Shown: in pieces, positions 27,404 through 32,000 of the stretch | Layout: every line of letters begins with the position of its first letter | How positions within the stretch are numbered: the stretch's first letter is position 1 | Source: Methylophaga frappieri | GTDB taxonomy: Bacteria > Pseudomonadota > Gammaproteobacteria > Nitrosococcales > Methylophagaceae | NCBI RefSeq assembly: GCF_000260965.1 | Contig: NC_017856.1 | Span: forward strand, 1,890,001-1,922,000 | Reading direction: 5' to 3' | DNA: 32,000 nucleotides | The notes under the pieces: generated by a model | Told to the model about the DNA's origin: nothing | The model's input: the letters and a program-made list of their open reading frames with translations, nothing else | Databases searched by the model: none | Translations under genes and position numbers: made by a program

Positions 27404-28410
27404 TAGGCTGGTGTCTCTTGCGTGGCCAATGGTTCTGTTTGTAAGCGTTTAATGACTTTGACCATTTGTGCCATGCTGTCGAACGCTTGATGCTGGGCAT
27501 CAGCAATAGATAGCTGATATTGACCGGCATCGCTATGGATTCGTACTTGCGCGCTGTCACTTAGTCGACAACCAGCCCGTAACAAGGCTTTTTTAGCCCA
27601 GACAAAATGAATGCCGCTGCCCGTGAGTTTGACGGGAAAGTGGCCTTCACTGCCGACACGAAGTTCCGCATTTTCCAAATCAAACTGTAAGCCATCACTT
27701 TCGAAGGTCAGAGACAACGTCCCGCTCATGGCTAAATCTTCCGGCCCGCCAATATGTAATTGTCGCTGGCCATCAATCAGCCAAAACGTATCGGCATAAC
27801 GCAGTGCCAAGTCCAGATCATGGGTGGACAGCAACACTGCTAACTGGTGTTGATGCGCCAAATCCTGTAACAGCTGTATGATTTCGATTCGTCTTGGTAA
27901 ATCGAGAAACGCCGTCGCTTCATCCAGAATTAACACGTCAGGTTGTTGCGCCAGTGCTCTGGCAATCATCAGTTTTTGACGTTCTCCGTCAGAGAGTTCC
28001 GACACTAAACGCTGGGCCAGATAGCTTGCATCCGCTTTGTCCATGGCGTCAGCAATAATTTGATGATCGGCCTCACCCAGTTTGCCCGACCAGCCGATGT
28101 AGGGATAACGACCGAAACTTACCAGCTCTTCACCGCGTAATAATGGCGGCGTCACCCGTTCTGTTAACACTACGGCTAATCGTTTTGCGCGTTCCTGACT
28201 ACTGAGTTGACTGATGGCCACATCACCCAAATTCACACTGCCGCTGACACTGACTTGCATGCCTGCCAACGTTCGAATTAATGTCGACTTTCCTGAGCCG
28301 TTTGCTCCAATTAAGCAGACAAATTCACCGGGTTGAACGGCTAAATCAACGGGCCCGATAAGTCGAGTCCGTTGATAGCCTACTTCCAGTTGATGCGTGG
28401 TTAAACTCAT
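27403..28410 (-). CDS. Iron-chelate-type ABC transporter ATP-binding protein with a ~100-aa C-terminal extension
   Basis: Walker A GANGSGKST, LSDGERQ, ILDEATAFLD and H-loop STHD. The start overlaps the TBDR stop (TAATG). Confidence 0.9.
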   Translation of the reverse strand: MSLTTHQLEVGYQRTRLIGPVDLAVQPGEFVCLIGANGSGKSTLIRTLAGMQVSVSGSVNLGDVAISQLSSQERAKRLAVVLTERVTPPLLRGEELVSFGRYPYIGWSGKLGEADHQIIADAMDKADASYLAQRLVSELSDGERQKLMIARALAQQPDVLILDEATAFLDLPRRIEIIQLLQDLAHQHQLAVLLSTHDLDLALRYADTFWLIDGQRQLHIGGPEDLAMSGTLSLTFESDGLQFDLENAELRVGSEGHFPVKLTGSGIHFVWAKKALLRAGCRLSDSAQVRIHSDAGQYQLSIADAQHQAFDSMAQMVKVIKRLQTEPLATQETPA

Positions 28411-30548
28411 TAGAAACGCATGCCAAATGTCGCAAATAGGGTTCTTGGTGCGCCCGGGAAAGTCGGCACGAATGAACCACCTGAATCGTAGTAACGACGA
28501 TCCGTCAGGTTATGCAGGGTTAACTGCACTTTATATTTATCTGCCACACCGAACCGATAAGCCACATTGGCATCCCAACGGGTATAGGAAGGTAGCTTAA
28601 AGTCATTGGCAGAGTTGGCCTGACGCGCGCCCACATAGTTCGCGCCCAATCCGACACTCAAGCCATCCAGTTGCCCCAGAAAGTCATAGGTTGACCAGAT
28701 ACTGGCGCTGCGGCGCGGCGCATTTTCCAGCAAGTTGCCTTCTAGACCGCTATCACTGTCTTCACTGACATAGGCTTTTAACTGGGTATAGTTCGCCAGT
28801 AAACGCCATTGCGGGGTGATGGCGTAAGGTATGTCAATTTCCCAGCCGCGACTCCGCTTTTCACCCACCTGAATCGAATAATTCCAATCAAGCGGATCCG
28901 AAACAACCCCATTCTCACGACGAATATCAAACCACGATACGGTTGGTTCTAAACGGCCATCCAATAAGCTCAATTTCACGCCGGTTTCCAGTTGCTCACC
29001 CTTTGATGGTGCAGGCAAGGTGCCACTGCGTAACATGCCACTAAACGGTTCGGTTAAGAATGACTCTGCCCAACTGGCATAAACTGAGATTTCTTCTACA
29101 GGCGTCCAAGTTACCCCTACACGCGGTGAAAACGCATCATCGTAACGGCGTAAAGCGTCATCAATCGGTAAATATTCAGCGTAGCCTTTGTTCTTGCTGC
29201 GGTCATAGCGCAAGCCTAATAACAAACGCCATTGCTCAGAAAATTTAATTTCATTCTGCAGGTAAACGCCGATCGTGTGACTGGAATATTTGGATGAATC
29301 AAAATGCGTCAACGGCCCTGATACGGCACCATATTGTGGGTTATATAAGCTAATTGGAATATTCACTGGGAAACCAAACGGACTGACATCCGCGTACCCA
29401 TCAAAATCCCAGTAATCGTGATTGTAATCTGAACCAATCAGCACCCGATGCTCGACCTGACCGGTGTTAAACGTATTGCTCAGTTCGGCCATCACGGTAG
29501 CATCGACCTGTTTATCGACATTACGTCGTTTACTACGATTGACCATTGGATTACTCGGATCGGTGTAATCGACTGGCGCACCAAATCCATAGGCATACCA
29601 AAGCCCATCGGATCTAGCCCATGAACCTTGAATGCCGGTATGCAGTTTCCAGCCATTATCAAATTCATGATCGACCACTACGGAACCGAGCACGCTTTTG
29701 GTTTCAATATTCGCGTCAGGTTCGGCATAGCTGTTTTCAATCGGCACCGTCAGAAAAATCGGATCACTACCAAATCCGCGATCAAATCCGCCTTGCCGGT
29801 GACCGAGTTCCATTTCGGCATTTAAGGTGGTTTTAGGGGAGATTCGCCATTCTAGCACCGGCGAAATAAATTGCGATTCCGTATCCAGATTGTCACGGAA
29901 GCTGCCACTGTCTTGGAACGCCCCGGTCACCCGATAGCTGACGTTATCGGATAACGGCCCGGTAGTATCAAACGTGGCACGGTAAAAATCTTCACTGCCA
30001 GCGGTAAAATCGATTTCTGTTTGCGCAATATCTAACGGCTTTTTGGTCACCAGATTTACCACACCGCCCGGCTCGAAACGGCCATATAATGCTGATGCTG
30101 GTCCTTTAAGCACTTCGATTTGTTCAATATTGATTAACTCATCAACCGGTACAAATGCACTGCGTCGAAAACCATTTTTCAAGTTCGCATTTGTCGGAAA
30201 GCCACGTAGTCGAAAACGATCATTGCTACCGCCCCAGCCAACTTGCGGCGTCACACCTGGCACTGAACGCAACGCTTCACCCAGGGTAATTACGCCACGA
30301 TCTTCCATTAATTCTCGGGTAACCGTTTGAATGGAAAACGGCGTTTCCTTAATTGAGGTATCACTTTTATTAGTGGAGGGTGCGACGGTTGAGCGATAAG
30401 CCCGTTCACGCGTGCCGGTTATCGTTAGCATGTCTAATGTGTAATCACTTTCTTGAATTACTGGCGCTTCTTCTGCTGAAACAGCCCCACTAAAAGATGC
30501 CATAACAATGAAAAGCAAAAAATTCTGCTTTTTTAAGCTATTTAACAT
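28410..30548 (-). CDS. TonB-dependent outer-membrane receptor
   Basis: Signal peptide ...ASFSGAVSA, plug motifs (ETPFSIQTVTRE, LRGF, IEVLKGPASALYG), C-terminal HNLTDRRYY...FGMRF. Confidence 0.9.
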   Translation of the reverse strand: MLNSLKKQNFLLFIVMASFSGAVSAEEAPVIQESDYTLDMLTITGTRERAYRSTVAPSTNKSDTSIKETPFSIQTVTRELMEDRGVITLGEALRSVPGVTPQVGWGGSNDRFRLRGFPTNANLKNGFRRSAFVPVDELINIEQIEVLKGPASALYGRFEPGGVVNLVTKKPLDIAQTEIDFTAGSEDFYRATFDTTGPLSDNVSYRVTGAFQDSGSFRDNLDTESQFISPVLEWRISPKTTLNAEMELGHRQGGFDRGFGSDPIFLTVPIENSYAEPDANIETKSVLGSVVVDHEFDNGWKLHTGIQGSWARSDGLWYAYGFGAPVDYTDPSNPMVNRSKRRNVDKQVDATVMAELSNTFNTGQVEHRVLIGSDYNHDYWDFDGYADVSPFGFPVNIPISLYNPQYGAVSGPLTHFDSSKYSSHTIGVYLQNEIKFSEQWRLLLGLRYDRSKNKGYAEYLPIDDALRRYDDAFSPRVGVTWTPVEEISVYASWAESFLTEPFSGMLRSGTLPAPSKGEQLETGVKLSLLDGRLEPTVSWFDIRRENGVVSDPLDWNYSIQVGEKRSRGWEIDIPYAITPQWRLLANYTQLKAYVSEDSDSGLEGNLLENAPRRSASIWSTYDFLGQLDGLSVGLGANYVGARQANSANDFKLPSYTRWDANVAYRFGVADKYKVQLTLHNLTDRRYYDSGGSFVPTFPGAPRTLFATFGMRF

Positions 30549-30582
30549 GTTTGGAAAATTCCTAAAATTAAGTAAAACAATA

Positions 30583-30602
30583 CATTATGATATATCATAT
30601 CC
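30583..30602. promoter_or_regulatory. Fur-box-like palindrome in the TBDR promoter region
   Basis: CATTATGATATATCATATCC contains the perfect 12-bp palindrome ATGATATATCAT (30587-30598). It sits 39 nt upstream of the ATG and ~17 nt downstream of a perfect minus-strand TATAAT (30615-30620). Confidence 0.45.
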
Positions 30603-30630
30603 ATTGTAAGTGTAATTATAGCTGTACAAA

Positions 30631-30657
30631 CAAAAACGGCCGCTGAGAAGCGGCCGT
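30631..30657 (-). terminator. Rho-independent terminator of the upstream (partial) TBDR gene
   Basis: An 8-bp GC-rich stem ACGGCCGC/GCGGCCGT with a 6-nt loop, followed by TTTTTG on the minus strand, ~20 nt after the stop at 30678. Confidence 0.7.
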
Positions 30658-30677
30658 CTTATTGTGTTGCTTATCAA

Positions 30678-32000
30678 TTAAAAGCGATAGCTGGCACCAA
30701 CATGCAGGTAACGCTTTTCACCAACAAAATAGCGGTAATCCGGAATGTTAGCGTTGTAATCAGCCCGCTCTGCATACTCTGTATTAAAGAGATTTTGCAC
30801 ACGACCATATAAGGTCAGACTGCTATTCACCTCATGTGACAAATACAGGTTGAACACATCATGGCCTTCATATTTAAAAGTGTTGGCATCATTGAGATAG
30901 TATTCGCTCATGTGCAGCCACTCCAGCTCTGCCCGAGTCTGCTGGGTGGGATTCCAGCCTAACCGAATGTTTGCCATCCGTTTCGGCGCTGTTACCAGAT
31001 AGCTGCCATCTTCAATGTTGGCATCAGCTTTATCAAAGTCGTATTCATGTTTGGCAAAAGTTACGTTAGCCGCGATATCAAACTGATCGTTAAACGGGTA
31101 GAACATGCCCAGTTCCAAACCGGTATGCTCGGTTTTACCATCAGGGACATTGGTATCCGCGCTATCTGTAAAGAAGTAATCACGCTTTTTCATGTGATAA
31201 GCGGCGATTTCATATTGCAGCCCTTCACCCAATTTGCGTACTCCTATTTCAATGCTATCGATTTCTTCTGAATCAGCGGTACCGCCATTTTCAGTTGGTC
31301 GAATTTGCGCCCGATATAAGTCAGTCGTTTGTGGCGCCCGGTTACCGCGTGCGTAGTTAATGAAGGCACTGGTGTCTTCACTTAACTCTTGAACCAGCCC
31401 CAGTTTTGGGCTCAAGTTGCTGAAGGTATCAACATCACTGTCTGGGCGCAGGTAACGACTGCTGCCAGCCAATGTACGAGAACCGGTATTGTTGGTGTAG
31501 TCATAACGAGTATATTCATAGCGCAGCCCCGCTGTCAGACGGGTTTTATCAAGTATCTGCCACTCTGAGTGCACATAGGGTGCGATGACCGTCGCATCGA
31601 CATCATAGTCATAATGCACGCCCGGAATAAACGGTCCTGGAAATGGACGCGGGTTAAACTGAACTTCAGACAAACTGCCCTCTGTATATTCAAGGTCGGT
31701 ACCAAAAATAACTTTGTGGCCACCCTCTAAATCTTTGGTGTAGGCACTTAACAAGCCAATGCTGCTATGTTTGTTTTTCTCAACCGGCTGCCCCGGCAGG
31801 AAGTGCATCAAAAATTCCATTTCGGTATGACGAACATAGGGTGTCAATCGAAACGTTGAACTATCGGTCAGTTGACGTTCCCACTCTGTCGAAAGCCGTG
31901 TCGATTTCGCATCACGATAAGCTTCCGGGTTAGGGTTTGTCCGAGACAGGGACTCATCCTCATAGGCTTTAAAACCAACGATATAACCGGCTGTTTCCTG
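30678..32000 (-). CDS. TonB-dependent receptor, 5'-partial (continues beyond the window edge)
   Basis: Beta-barrel repeats with C-terminal NLFNTEYAERADY...HVGASYRF. My translation shows this frame stays open from 31847 to position 32000 (QETAGYIVGFKAYEDESLSRTNPNPEAYRDAKSTRLSTEWERQLTDSSTFR...), so the ORF-track M at 31847 is an internal TTG. Confidence 0.85.
   Translation of the reverse strand, partial: QETAGYIVGFKAYEDESLSRTNPNPEAYRDAKSTRLSTEWERQLTDSSTFRLTPYVRHTEMEFLMHFLPGQPVEKNKHSSIGLLSAYTKDLEGGHKVIFGTDLEYTEGSLSEVQFNPRPFPGPFIPGVHYDYDVDATVIAPYVHSEWQILDKTRLTAGLRYEYTRYDYTNNTGSRTLAGSSRYLRPDSDVDTFSNLSPKLGLVQELSEDTSAFINYARGNRAPQTTDLYRAQIRPTENGGTADSEEIDSIEIGVRKLGEGLQYEIAAYHMKKRDYFFTDSADTNVPDGKTEHTGLELGMFYPFNDQFDIAANVTFAKHEYDFDKADANIEDGSYLVTAPKRMANIRLGWNPTQQTRAELEWLHMSEYYLNDANTFKYEGHDVFNLYLSHEVNSSLTLYGRVQNLFNTEYAERADYNANIPDYRYFVGEKRYLHVGASYRF

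Noticed and set aside
30549-30677. A cobalamin riboswitch upstream of the receptor/ABC operon, since BtuCDF-like components raise that possibility.
   Set aside because: The leader is only ~130 nt and AT-rich. A terminator, a promoter and a Fur-like palindrome occupy it, and I saw no B12-box-like GC-rich conserved core.
1-32000. CRISPR arrays, IS elements or transposases, integrases, tRNA/rRNA genes, and toxin-antitoxin or classic defence genes.
   Set aside because: I found no direct-repeat arrays, no terminal inverted repeats flanking transposase-like ORFs, no cloverleaf-like segments in the short spacers, and no ORF with nuclease, methylase or toxin hallmarks. This was visual inspection only, and a tRNAscan/Infernal/ISfinder pass would be needed for certainty.

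Overview
All calls are by eye from the sequence and ORF track; nothing was searched. The window looks like a gammaproteobacterial chromosomal segment, and the gene content recalls a marine methylotroph such as Methylophaga (a guess). Almost every gene is on the minus strand. The core (7594-20466) is a 15-gene nitrogen-scavenging block: fmdC porin, fmdA formamidase, fmdB zinc ribbon, urtABCDE urea/short-chain-amide ABC transporter, and ureDABCEFG urease. Downstream on the same strand lie a hybrid histidine kinase whose sensor is a complete 12-TM NCS1/cytosine-purine-permease-like domain followed by a cysteine cluster, a translationally coupled REC-LuxR regulator, a TerB-family protein, and a TonB-dependent receptor (TBDR). 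That receptor is followed by the 3' stump of a second, FhuA-like receptor. The right half holds a lipoprotein with a duplicated Cys motif and an iron-type TBDR-ATPase-binding protein-permease operon with a Fur-like palindrome. A third TBDR is cut by the window edge. The best candidate for an uncharacterised system is at 21159-24982. There a RimK-like ATP-grasp ligase with an N-terminal extension faces an operon of a DUF2817/M14-like peptidase, frameshifted in a homopolymer, and a GNAT-cysteine-peptidase fusion. I saw no rRNA, tRNA, CRISPR array or IS element.
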